Assembly: GCA_029262695.1 (NCBI GenBank)
Contig: JAJCYV010000042.1
Coordinates: 6,518 to 70,517, forward strand
DNA from: Chloroflexota bacterium
GTDB taxonomy: Bacteria > Chloroflexota > Dehalococcoidia > SM23-28-2 > RBG-16-64-32
Length of the DNA: 64,000 bases
Direction: 5' to 3'
Shown here: positions 1 to 7,744 of the stretch, piece after piece
Numbering within the stretch: position 1 is the stretch's first letter
Layout of the letters: each line of letters opens with the position of its first letter
Notes under the pieces: model-generated
What the model was told of the DNA's origin: nothing
Database searches by the model: none
The model's input: only the letters and a program-made list of their open reading frames with translations
Made by a program: the position numbers and the translations under genes

Positions 1-470
1 AGGCTCTCCGGGCTGCCGCCGACGAGGTGGGCCAGCGCCCGGTAGAGGGCGATAAAGACGGCCATCTGGATGAACATGGGCATGAAGCAGCCGAGCGGGT
101 TGATGTTGTGCTCGCGGTAGAGCTTGACCATCTCCTCCTGGCGGCGCTTCGGGTCCTTGTACTTCTTCTGAATCTCCTGCATCTCCGGCTGCGCGGCCTG
201 CATGGCCCGCGTCGACTCCAGCTGGCGGATCGTGAAGGGGATGGTGACGATCCGCAGCAGGATCGTGAAGAGGATGATGGAGAGGCCGAAGTTTCCAGTG
301 ACGGTGTTCAGGAGGATGAGGGCGTTGATCAGCGGGTTGATGAAGAGATCGTTGAGCGGATTGCGCCCGAGGAGCAGCATGGTCAGGATTGCGATCACCA
401 TCGTCAGCACGATGATGAGCGGCATCGAGTTGCCGCGACGCTTTGTGGGGGCGGGCGTTGCGGCGGTCAC
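1..470 (-). CDS. yidC: Membrane protein insertase YidC, N-terminal part (gene continues beyond the left window edge)
   Basis: Reverse-strand translation from ATG 425 reads MPLIIVLTMVIAILTMLLLGRNPLNDLFINPLINALILLNTVTGNFGLSIILFTILLRIVTIPFTIRQLESTRAMQAAQPEMQEIQKKYKDPKRRQEEMVKLYREHNINPLG..., the YidC/Oxa1 core. It sits in the canonical rpmH-rnpA-yidD-yidC neighbourhood. It is absent from the ORF track because it is open at the window edge. Start is either GTG 470 (GTGA overlap with the upstream stop) or ATG 425. Confidence 0.85.
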   Translation of the reverse strand, partial: MTAATPAPTKRRGNSMPLIIVLTMVIAILTMLLLGRNPLNDLFINPLINALILLNTVTGNFGLSIILFTILLRIVTIPFTIRQLESTRAMQAAQPEMQEIQKKYKDPKRRQEEMVKLYREHNINPLGCFMPMFIQMAVFIALYRALAHLVGGSPES

Positions 471-1591
471 CGGATGTCCACCGTTGTCAGCCGGCCGTCC
501 GCGGGCGATACCGTGAAGGTGTCGCCGCCGGTGGTGACGATCAGCACGCTGCCGTCCGCCAGGACGTAGGGATCGGCCAGGACCTTCTTGTCGATCTCCG
601 TCGGGCCGTTCCAGACCTGGTTGCCCGACTCGGGGTCGATGCCGTAGACGTTGCCGCTCTTATCGGCGGCGATGACGACGCCGCCGGCGACGACTGCGCC
701 GCCGCGGACCGGTGCCAGCGCGTCGAACTGCCACAGGCGCTGGCCCGTCGCGGCGTCGATGGCGAAGATGCGAGAGTCCAGGTTCGTGGCGTAGACGGCG
801 TCTCCGTCGGCCAGCGGCCGGCCCCAGAACCAGTTTGTGGCGCCGCCGAACGACCACTTCTCGTCGCCGGTCGTCGCGTCCACGCCGTATAGCTCCTCGC
901 CGAGGCCCCCGACGACGATGGTGCCGTTGAGGGCGACCGGGTCGGTCAGGAAACCGGCGCCGACGCTGAACGGCTGGTCCCAGACCTCGTCCAGCGTTTC
1001 CGTGTCGAAGGCTCGCATCGTACCGCCGACGTCGGCGACGTAGAGGCGGTCGCCCGAGAGGGCGGGGCGTGTCCAGACGTCGCCGGCGTGGACGCGGCCG
1101 GTCTCGTTGCCGTTTGCGGGGTCGAGTGCGTAAAGGTTGCCGTCGGTGGAGGCGGCGAAGAGCCTGTCGCCGGCGAGCACGAGGCCGCCGATGATCGGGT
1201 CGTTCGATTCGAAGTCCCAGACGCAGTTGCCGGTGACGGCGTCCAGCGCGTAGACGTTGCCGTCCCAGGCGCCGATGTAGACGATGCCTTCGCTGACGAC
1301 GGGCGCGGCGTAGATGCCCCTGAGGTCGCGTTTCTGGGCCGCCGCCTCGTTGCCGCAGACCTCCTCGTCTGAGGCCGGGAACTTCCAGAGGACGTCGAAC
1401 GTCTCCGGGTCAACGGCCGAAAGTTCGCCACCGTCCAGGCTGACATACAGCGTGCCTTCTGCGACTTCGGGAGGCGCCCAGCCGTCCGGGTTGTTGAATC
1501 CGGCGCAGGCAGCCAGGAGAAGCAGGAAGACGAGCAACGGCAGGCCACGGGCAAGGCGGCGTGCGGGCGCTCTGTGCCTCAGCGAACGTAT
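467..1591 (-). CDS. PQQ-like beta-propeller repeat lipoprotein (BamB/YxaL-like fold)
   Basis: Track ORF 467-1723. Repeated blade motifs are present (GNVYALDAVTG, GNLYALDPANG, TMRAFDTETL, ELYGVDATTG, RIFAIDAATG, NVYGIDPESG). Lipoprotein-type signal LLVFLLLLAAC. The track start at 1723 would overlap yidD by 86 nt. A GGAGGA Shine-Dalgarno at 1604-1599 is followed 7 nt later only by non-canonical codons (ATA 1591, CTG 1582), so the exact start is uncertain. Confidence 0.8.
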   Translation of the reverse strand: MRSLRHRAPARRLARGLPLLVFLLLLAACAGFNNPDGWAPPEVAEGTLYVSLDGGELSAVDPETFDVLWKFPASDEEVCGNEAAAQKRDLRGIYAAPVVSEGIVYIGAWDGNVYALDAVTGNCVWDFESNDPIIGGLVLAGDRLFAASTDGNLYALDPANGNETGRVHAGDVWTRPALSGDRLYVADVGGTMRAFDTETLDEVWDQPFSVGAGFLTDPVALNGTIVVGGLGEELYGVDATTGDEKWSFGGATNWFWGRPLADGDAVYATNLDSRIFAIDAATGQRLWQFDALAPVRGGAVVAGGVVIAADKSGNVYGIDPESGNQVWNGPTEIDKKVLADPYVLADGSVLIVTTGGDTFTVSPADGRLTTVDIR

Positions 1592-1637
1592 CGTTTCGTC
1601 CTCCTCTGGTTTTGTAGGGCCGCCGGGGCCTCGCTGG

Positions 1638-1847
1638 TTAAGGGACAGGGTCGTATCCGCCGCTATTGAAGGGGTTGCAGCGGACGAGACGCCAGGCGGT
1701 AAGCCAAATGCCTTTGATTGCACCGTGCCGGGAGATGGCTTCGTAGCCGTAGTGCGAGCAGGTGGGCTGATACTTGCAGGCGGCCGGCCACGAGGACGAG
1801 ATGAAGCGCTGGTAGAAGCGGATGGCGCCCAGCGCTGCCGGCCTCAC
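1638..1847 (-). CDS. yidD: Membrane protein insertion efficiency factor YidD
   Basis: 69 aa. [34 protein letters not shown] is the YidD family signature. 4-nt overlap with the rnpA stop. Confidence 0.93.
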   Translation of the reverse strand: MRPAALGAIRFYQRFISSSWPAACKYQPTCSHYGYEAISRHGAIKGIWLTAWRLVRCNPFNSGGYDPVP

Positions 1848-2200
1848 GCGGACGCCTCTGCAGGGCCGGCGAGGACGCCTGAGCGTTCAAGCAGCGATGC
1901 CGTCGCGGAGCGAAGGCGGGCGAATTCGGCGGTGGCGGCCTTTGTCTTCGCGGAGAGCACGCAATCGAAGCCCGGACGGGTTGGCAGGGCGCGCACGGTC
2001 TCTCGCAGGCGGCGTCGCACGCGGTTGCGGACGATGGCGTTGCCCAGGCGCTTGCTGGTCACGAAACCAAAGCGGTTGTGGTCGCAGTCATTCGGCAAGA
2101 TTCTCAATACTAGAAGGTCGTTGCTCCAGGTCCGTCCCCTGGCGAAAACGGCGTCGAAGTCTTTGCGGTGGCGGAGTCTGATCTGCCTGGGCAAGCCCAA
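1844..2200 (-). CDS. rnpA: Ribonuclease P protein component
   Basis: 118 aa. [15 protein letters not shown]...[24 protein letters not shown] is the RnpA basic RNR motif. Located between rpmH and yidD. Confidence 0.93.
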   Translation of the reverse strand: MGLPRQIRLRHRKDFDAVFARGRTWSNDLLVLRILPNDCDHNRFGFVTSKRLGNAIVRNRVRRRLRETVRALPTRPGFDCVLSAKTKAATAEFARLRSATASLLERSGVLAGPAEASA

Positions 2201-2245
2201 CGCGGTCCTCCGGTCTACGGTCCCCCGGCGGGCCGGCTGGGCGGA

Positions 2246-2383
2246 TCAGACAGCGAGCCGCCACCTGCCCTTCAGGGTGCGTCGCTTCAGGATGGCTCTG
2301 CCGTTCCTGGTGCGGTTACGGTGCATGAAGCCATGCCGCCGGGCGCGGCGTCTCTTCTTCGGCTGGTACGTTCGCTTGGGCAA
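2246..2383 (-). CDS. rpmH: 50S ribosomal protein L34
   Basis: The C-terminal 45 codons of track ORF 2246-2464 read (M)[47 protein letters not shown] start at 2383 lies 5 nt after GAGG. The upstream ATGs at 2464/2461 lie upstream of the predicted transcription start. Confidence 0.93.
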   Translation of the reverse strand: MPKRTYQPKKRRRARRHGFMHRNRTRNGRAILKRRTLKGRWRLAV

Positions 2384-2462
2384 GAAGGCCTCACTTCCGT
2401 CTGCAAGTTGGCCTGCCAGCCCCGCTAAACGGCAGACCAGCCCGCATGGCGGGCCGCGCATC

Positions 2463-2491
2463 ATTGTATCTCCGCCCTACATATGGGTCAA
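2463..2491 (-). promoter_or_regulatory. Sigma-70-type promoter of rpmH operon (TTGACC-17 nt-TACAAT)
   Basis: On the minus strand: TTGACC (2491-2486), a 17-nt spacer, then TACAAT (2468-2463). Predicted start near 2456, giving a leader of about 70 nt to the TTG of rpmH. Confidence 0.55.
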
Positions 2492-2508
2492 ACGGGAACC
2501 AGGTGCCA

Positions 2509-2526
2509 TGTTACGTTGCTGTTACG
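2509..2526. promoter_or_regulatory. Phased direct repeat TGTTACG-N4-TGTTACG (11-bp period), candidate regulator site
   Basis: TGTTACG at 2509-2515 and 2520-2526, just upstream of the rpmH -35. An almost identical 22-mer occurs at 18162-18179. Confidence 0.35.
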
Positions 2527-2552
2527 GGCATCTGTATACCTATTAATCACCA

Positions 2553-2581
2553 TTGTTTTCGTTTATGGCCGTGCCTATAAT
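2553..2581 (+). promoter_or_regulatory. Candidate promoter of the zinc-ribbon gene (TTGTTT-17 nt-TATAAT)
   Basis: A perfect TATAAT at 2576-2581 in a locally AT-rich stretch. Weak -35 TTGTTT at 2553-2558. Confidence 0.35.
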
Positions 2582-2638
2582 TACGCGAACATTAAGGCCC
2601 ACGTTGTCATAAGGCCGCCCAGCCACAGGAGATTGCCC

Positions 2639-3016
2639 GTGCCCTTCGCAGATAGAGTCCTGGCCTGCCGGGACTGCGGTGGCAACTTCACGTTCACCAC
2701 CGGTGAGCAGACCTTTTACGCCAGCCGCGGCCTCACTAACGACCCGGGGCGCTGTCAGAACTGCCGCAACGTACGCCGCGCAGGCGGCGGCAACGACTCG
2801 CCGCTGGGAAAGGGCTACGTCGACTACGGGCCCTGCGCCAGCTTCGGCGGTCGCACGCCGCGCCAGATGCACCCGGCTACCTGTGACCGCTGCGGGGAGC
2901 TGACGGAGGTGCCCTTCATGCCGCGCGGCGACCGCCCTGTTTACTGCTCCGAGTGCTTCGCCGCCGTTCGCCCGGCGACGGAGGACGTGGCGCAGGTGCG
3001 TGACCGGCGCCGCTGA
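2639..3016 (+). CDS. Zinc-ribbon protein with two CxxC...CxxC units (CxxC-x17-CxxC-type family)
   Basis: Distal part of track ORF 2483-3016. Motifs: CRDCGGNFTFTTGEQTFYASRGLTNDPGRCQNCR and CDRCGELTEVPFMPRGDRPVYCSECF. GTG 2639 lies 6 nt after GGAGA. Confidence 0.8.
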   Translation: MPFADRVLACRDCGGNFTFTTGEQTFYASRGLTNDPGRCQNCRNVRRAGGGNDSPLGKGYVDYGPCASFGGRTPRQMHPATCDRCGELTEVPFMPRGDRPVYCSECFAAVRPATEDVAQVRDRRR

Positions 3017-3059
3017 GCGGAGTCGGCTGCGCCTTTCGCCCCCGCCTCTTGAGTAGCGT

Positions 3060-3089
3060 TTGACGCCTTCGCGCGCCCGAACGTACACT
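3060..3089 (+). promoter_or_regulatory. Candidate promoter of the ileS T-box leader (TTGACG-18 nt-TACACT)
   Basis: TTGACG at 3060-3065 and TACACT at 3084-3089. Motif match only. Confidence 0.4.
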
Positions 3090-3095
3090 AATCTG

Positions 3096-3386
3096 CACAA
3101 CCGAAGACGTCTGAAAGGCGAAGACGGAGACGAGTACGGCGGCCGATGCCGGCTTAGCGAGCCCCGGAAGGTGGGAGCGGGGTGCAGCAGAGCTGCCGGA
3201 AGATCACTCCCGAGCTGCCGACTGAACCCCGGAAGGGAAGTAGGCCCGGCCGGAAGCCCCCGTTAGCAGAGGCAGGCGTATAACCCAGACGGGCGTACGC
3301 CGAGAACGAGCGCTCCGATACGTCGGAGAAGCAGGGTGGTACCGCGAGCCATATGGCCCGTCCCTACGGGGGACGGGTTTTTTCGT
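3096..3386 (+). promoter_or_regulatory. T-box riboswitch leader, isoleucine specifier (AUC)
   Basis: Conserved T-box sequence GCAGGGTGGTACCGCGAG at 3331-3348. It is directly followed by an intrinsic terminator. A stem-I region contains GGAAGATCACTCC with ATC at 3203-3205 followed by a purine, consistent with an Ile specifier. Lies immediately upstream of ileS. Confidence 0.85.
3357..3383 (+). terminator. T-box terminator hairpin with T6 tract
   Basis: CCCGTCCC-TACG-GGGGACGGG followed by TTTTTT (3378-3383). Confidence 0.85.
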
Positions 3387-3421
3387 GGGACAGGAGACAG
3401 GGGACAGGAGACAGGTGACAA
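3387..3421 (+). repeat. Heptanucleotide tandem array, 5 units (GGGACAG GAGACAG GGGACAG GAGACAG GTGACAA)
   Basis: Read directly. Lies between the T-box terminator and the ileS SD. One more GTGACAG at 3454-3460 abuts the ATG. Confidence 0.9.
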
Positions 3422-3460
3422 GAGCGCTCAGGTTGCAGGTTCCAGCAGACGAGGTGACAG

Positions 3461-6400
3461 ATGTTTGAGCCGGTAGACAGCAGGCAGAGCTTCCCGAAGC
3501 TTGAGGAGGAGATCCTCGAGTTCTGGAAGCGGCACGATACGTTCAAGAAGAGCGTTGAGGCACGCCCGGAGGAGAAGACCTACGTCTTCTACGAGGGGCC
3601 GCCGACGGCGAACGCCCGGCCCGGCGTGCACCATGTGCTGACGCGCGCGTTCAAGGACCTGTTCCCGCGCTACAAGACGATGCGCGGTTACCGGGTGCCC
3701 CGCAAGGGCGGCTGGGATACGCACGGCCTGCCTGTGGAGCTGGAGGTCGAGCGCGAGCTGGGGATCAAGAGCAAGCCGGAGATCGAGGAGTTCGGCGTCG
3801 AGGAGTTCAACCGCCGCTGCCGGGAGTCGGTGTTCCGCTACGTGCAGGAGTGGGCGAAGCTGACCGACCGCATCGCTTTCTGGATCGACATGGACGATCC
3901 GTACGTCACGTATCACAACGAGTACATCGAGTCCGTCTGGTGGGTGATCAAGAGCCTCTGGGACAAGGGGCTGATCTACCAGGACCGGCGTTCGACGCCG
4001 CACTGTCCGCGCTGTGAGACTTCGCTGTCTGACGCTGAGGTGGCGCTTGGTTACAAGGAGAACACGCCGGATCCGTCGGTCTCCGTGAAGTTCCGCCTGA
4101 CGGAGGAGTCCATGGCGGCGCTCGGTGACAAGCTTCCGGCGGGCGGCGCGACGTACGTCGTCGCGTGGACGACGACGCCGTGGACGCTGCCCGGTAACAC
4201 CGCGCTGGCCGTGAAGCCCGACGCGACGTACTCCGTCTTCGAGGTAGAGGGCGACCGCATCGTCGTCGCCTCTGAGCGCCGCCAGGACGTGCCGGAGGAC
4301 GCGACCGAGGTGGCGACGCTGGCGGGGTCGGCGCTCGTCGGGCTGCATTATGAGCCGCTGTACGAGCCGCTGTCGTGGGGAGTGCCGGCGTCCTGGTTCG
4401 ACGCGGCGGAGGACGGGCGGTTAGTGTCCGTGGACGACCTGGGGACGGTTGAGAACGGCTACGTCATTCTCGGCGGCGACTTTGTTTCGCTCGATGACGG
4501 AACGGGTGTTGTGCATGTTGCGCCGGCGTTCGGGGCCGAGGACTTCCAGATGGGCAAGGAGAACGGCCTGTTGTTCATCCAGCCGGTGGACCTGCGCGGG
4601 AACATGCCGGACGGCTCGCCCTGGGCGGGGCAGTTTGTGAAGGACGCCGACGCGGGGATCATGGGCGACCTGACGGAGCGCAACCTCCTCCTCAAGCAGG
4701 GCGAGATCAAGCACACGTACCCGTTCTGCTGGCGCTGCGACACGCCGCTGCTCTACTACGCCAAGCCGACCTGGTACATCCGCACGACCGCCGTCAAGGA
4801 CCGTCTGATCGAGAGCAACGAGGAGATCAACTGGTACCCGGAGCACATCAAGCGCGGCCGCTTCGGCGACTGGCTGCGCAACAACGTTGACTGGGCGCTG
4901 AGCCGCGAGCGCTACTGGGGCACGCCGCTGCCCGTCTGGGAGTGCACTTCGTGCGGCGCTTACCAGTGCGTCGGCTCGCGGGCGGACCTGCGAGAGCGCG
5001 CCGCCGACGCGGCGGCTGTGGAGGCGCTGGACGACTTCCACCGGCCGTACATCGACCGCATCGAACTGAAGTGCGCCGACTGCGACGGCGTGGCCAAGCG
5101 CGCACCGGAGCTGATGGACGTCTGGCTGGACTCGGGTGCGATGCCGTACGCGCAGTGGAACTATCCGCACGAGAACCAGGAGAAGTTTCGGGCGAACTTT
5201 CCGGCCGACTTCATCTGCGAGGCCGTGGACCAGACTCGCGGCTGGTTCTACACGCTGCACGCCGAGGCGGTGCTGCTGAATTCGGTCGGCGAGGCGCCGG
5301 AGCCGCTGGCCTTCCGCAACGTCATCTGCACGGGCCACATCCTGGACGAGAAGGGCCGCAAGATGAGCAAGAGCCTGGGCAACGCGGCCGATCCGTGGGA
5401 GGTGATCGACCAGACGGGGGCGGACGCCCTGCGCTGGTACCTCTACACGGCGACGCGCCCGGGAGACGCGCGGCGCTTCAGCATCAAGCTGGTGCAGGAG
5501 TCGCTGCGGCGCTTCTTCCTGACGTACTGGAACACGTACAGTTTCTTCGTCACGTACGCGAACCTCGACGAATTCGACCCGACGAAGAGCGGGCCCGGGG
5601 AGCGGACGGACCTCGACCGCTGGGTGCTGTCCGAGCTGAACGCGCTGGTGAAGAAAGTGACGGAGGGGCTCGATGAGTACGACCCGACGACGACGGGCCG
5701 GGCGATCCAGGACTTCGTGGAGGACCTCTCGAACTGGTACGTGCGCCGCAGCCGCCGCCGCTTCTGGCGGGGCGAGCTTGACGACGACAAGGTTGCTGCT
5801 TACCAGACGCTGTACACCTGCCTTGTGACGGTCGCGAAGCTGCTGGCGCCGTTCGCACCGTTCGTCGCCGAGGCCGTTTATCGCAACCTCGTCTGCGCGG
5901 TTGATAAGGGGGCGCCGGAGAGCGTGCACCTCAGCGATTGGCCGGAGGCGGAGGCGGAGCTTGTCGACCAGGCGTTGATGGACGAGACGCGCCTCGTCAT
6001 GCGCGTCGTCAGCCTGGGCCGGGCGGCGCGCCAGAAGTCGCAGATGAAGGTGCGGCAGCCGCTGGCGAGGGTCGCTGTCATGGTTCGAGCGGCCGTGGAG
6101 GCGACCGCCTTGAAGAAGCTTGAAGACCAGGTCCTGAGTGAGTTGAACGCAAAGGAACTGGTGACAGTAGTCGGCGCCGGGGTGAGCAGTGAGGCCGGTG
6201 GGCTTTCGGTTGAAGAGCTGATGGCAGGGGAGCCGCCATGGGATCACCTGGCAGTCGCCGAGGACGATGCGGGATACGCCGTCGCCGTCGACACGCGCCT
6301 GACGCCAGAGCTTGCCGATGAGGGAGTCGCGCGCGAGCTGGTGCACCGGCTGCAGAACTTGCGCAAGGCAGCGGGTCTGGAGATCAGCGACCGCATCGTC

Positions 6401-6574
6401 GCGTATCACGGCGACTCTGAGCGCGTCGCTGCTGTGCTCGCGACGCACGGCGACTATGTCCGCGCGGAGACGCTGGCGGACGAGCTGGTGGCGGGCGATC
6501 CGCCGGACGGTGCGACGGCGGAGCCGGTGAAGATCGAAGGCAATGAGGTGACGCTGGCGGTGCGGAAGGCGTAG
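3461..6574 (+). CDS. ileS: Isoleucine--tRNA ligase
   Basis: 1037 aa. HIGH-region PPTANARPGVHHV and KMSKS motif (GRKMSKSLGN). Preceded by an Ile T-box. SD GAGGTG. Confidence 0.97.
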   Translation: MFEPVDSRQSFPKLEEEILEFWKRHDTFKKSVEARPEEKTYVFYEGPPTANARPGVHHVLTRAFKDLFPRYKTMRGYRVPRKGGWDTHGLPVELEVERELGIKSKPEIEEFGVEEFNRRCRESVFRYVQEWAKLTDRIAFWIDMDDPYVTYHNEYIESVWWVIKSLWDKGLIYQDRRSTPHCPRCETSLSDAEVALGYKENTPDPSVSVKFRLTEESMAALGDKLPAGGATYVVAWTTTPWTLPGNTALAVKPDATYSVFEVEGDRIVVASERRQDVPEDATEVATLAGSALVGLHYEPLYEPLSWGVPASWFDAAEDGRLVSVDDLGTVENGYVILGGDFVSLDDGTGVVHVAPAFGAEDFQMGKENGLLFIQPVDLRGNMPDGSPWAGQFVKDADAGIMGDLTERNLLLKQGEIKHTYPFCWRCDTPLLYYAKPTWYIRTTAVKDRLIESNEEINWYPEHIKRGRFGDWLRNNVDWALSRERYWGTPLPVWECTSCGAYQCVGSRADLRERAADAAAVEALDDFHRPYIDRIELKCADCDGVAKRAPELMDVWLDSGAMPYAQWNYPHENQEKFRANFPADFICEAVDQTRGWFYTLHAEAVLLNSVGEAPEPLAFRNVICTGHILDEKGRKMSKSLGNAADPWEVIDQTGADALRWYLYTATRPGDARRFSIKLVQESLRRFFLTYWNTYSFFVTYANLDEFDPTKSGPGERTDLDRWVLSELNALVKKVTEGLDEYDPTTTGRAIQDFVEDLSNWYVRRSRRRFWRGELDDDKVAAYQTLYTCLVTVAKLLAPFAPFVAEAVYRNLVCAVDKGAPESVHLSDWPEAEAELVDQALMDETRLVMRVVSLGRAARQKSQMKVRQPLARVAVMVRAAVEATALKKLEDQVLSELNAKELVTVVGAGVSSEAGGLSVEELMAGEPPWDHLAVAEDDAGYAVAVDTRLTPELADEGVARELVHRLQNLRKAAGLEISDRIVAYHGDSERVAAVLATHGDYVRAETLADELVAGDPPDGATAEPVKIEGNEVTLAVRKA

Positions 6575-6640
6575 GGCGGGGCGAGCGGCGATCGGGCGCA
6601 GTAAGCGGCGTTAGGGCGCAGCAAGCAGCGCCCCTACGGA
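6571..6640. repeat. GTAGGG...CCCCTAC-bounded GC-rich palindromic element with three ~20-nt tandem subrepeats
   Basis: Subrepeats GCGAGCGGCGATCGGGCGCA / GTAAGCGGCGTTAGGGCGCA / GCAAGCAGCGCCCCTACGGA. Hairpin TAGGGCGC (6612-6619) pairs with GCGCCCCTA (6628-6636). Lies between convergent ileS and yihY and contains both stop codons. Confidence 0.8.
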
Positions 6641-7587
6641 GCCTGATGGTCGCGGAGGAAGAGGCTGCGGACGATGCGCCAGACCTTGAGGTGGAAGGGG
6701 ACGCCCATGCCCTCGAACGTGCCCTGCTTGACTGCCGAGTGCTCCATCGTTTGGTAGGCGCGGGAGACCTCCGCGCCGAAGAGCATGATCTGCGCGCTGA
6801 TGAAGACCCAGAAGAGGAAGGCGGCGACGGCGCCCAGCGAGCCGAAGACGACGTCGAAGTTGCTGAAGTTCTGGACGTAGTAGCCGAAGAGGTTCTTGAC
6901 CAGCTCGAACGCCAGCGCGGCGATGATGGCGCCCGGGATGGCGCTTCGCAGCGTGCCGTTCTTCGCCGGGACGACGGCGTAGAGGAAGGTGAACGCCGCA
7001 AACGAGAAGAGGAACGGGATGGCCAGGATGCCCAGCGTCCAGGCCCAGCCCAGCTCCTCCGAGAGGTCGCCGACGGCGGCCAGGTCCTCGCTGCGCGCGC
7101 GGATTACCCTCAGCGCACCGGTGACGAAGATCGAGCTGGCGAAGAAGAGGCCGACGCCGAGCACGAGCGATAGGTCGACGAGCTTCGATTGCACGAAGGG
7201 GCGCGAGAACTCCTGCTCGTGGTAGATGATGTTGAGCGAGCGGCGGACGGCGCCGAACATGCCGCTGGCGGCCCAGCCCATGCCGAGCAGTCCGAGGAAG
7301 CCGAGCGCCTGCCCGCTGGACCCGGAGACGGCGTCGACGGCGTCCTCGACCTCGTTGCGGCCGCCTTCTTCGCTCAAGGGGAAGACGGACATGACCTCGT
7401 CGACGACGTCACGCTGGGCGGACTGGTTGAGGAAGATGCCGACGACGGAGACGAAGAAGATGAGCAGGGGGAAGATCGAGAAGAGGACGTAGTAGGAGAT
7501 CGAGGCGGCGAGCTGGCCGCAGTTGTGCTCGCCGAACTTCCGGACCGCCGTCCAGAGCCAGTCCTTGAGGAACCGAAACGAGAGCAT
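6634..7587 (-). CDS. YihY/BrkB (ribonuclease BN-like) family membrane protein
   Basis: 317 aa. N-terminus FRFLKDWLWTAVRKFGEHNCGQLAASISYYVLFSIFPLLIF is typical of the family. Multiple TM segments. Confidence 0.88.
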   Translation of the reverse strand: MLSFRFLKDWLWTAVRKFGEHNCGQLAASISYYVLFSIFPLLIFFVSVVGIFLNQSAQRDVVDEVMSVFPLSEEGGRNEVEDAVDAVSGSSGQALGFLGLLGMGWAASGMFGAVRRSLNIIYHEQEFSRPFVQSKLVDLSLVLGVGLFFASSIFVTGALRVIRARSEDLAAVGDLSEELGWAWTLGILAIPFLFSFAAFTFLYAVVPAKNGTLRSAIPGAIIAALAFELVKNLFGYYVQNFSNFDVVFGSLGAVAAFLFWVFISAQIMLFGAEVSRAYQTMEHSAVKQGTFEGMGVPFHLKVWRIVRSLFLRDHQAP

Positions 7588-7687
7588 CCTGCCCTCTACT
7601 CTACCGGCGGAGGGCGGCCAACTGCGTCCGCCAAGCTGCCTCTTTCCACCAAAATCTTGACAACTGCCGGGAGCGATTTACCCAGAG

Positions 7688-7717
7688 TTGACCTTGCCTC
7701 CCGACTCTTGCTTTACT
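7688..7717 (+). promoter_or_regulatory. Candidate promoter (TTGACC-18 nt-TTTACT)
   Basis: TTGACC at 7688-7693 and TTTACT at 7712-7717, upstream of the GGAGGAGG SD of the 7745 gene. Motif match only. Confidence 0.3.
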
Positions 7718-7744
7718 GCAAGCGTGCACCTGGAGGAGGTCGAG

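Noticed and set aside
2465-2640. Replication origin next to rpmH (DnaA-box cluster).
   Set aside because: No dnaA gene is adjacent, and I found no TTATCCACA/TTGTCCACA-type boxes in the spacer. Isolated near-matches elsewhere (for example about 30085) lie inside genes.
4421-6448. 675-aa ORF antisense to ileS, and similar long track ORFs opposite or out of frame with recognised genes (for example 3428-4348, 14135-15556, 23672-25216, 44038-45450, 59700-60716, 61758-63242).
   Set aside because: They fully overlap genes with unmistakable family motifs. Their translations are Arg/Ala/Pro/Gly/Leu-rich low-complexity sequence with no recognisable motifs. Long stop-free antisense frames are expected in DNA of this G+C content.
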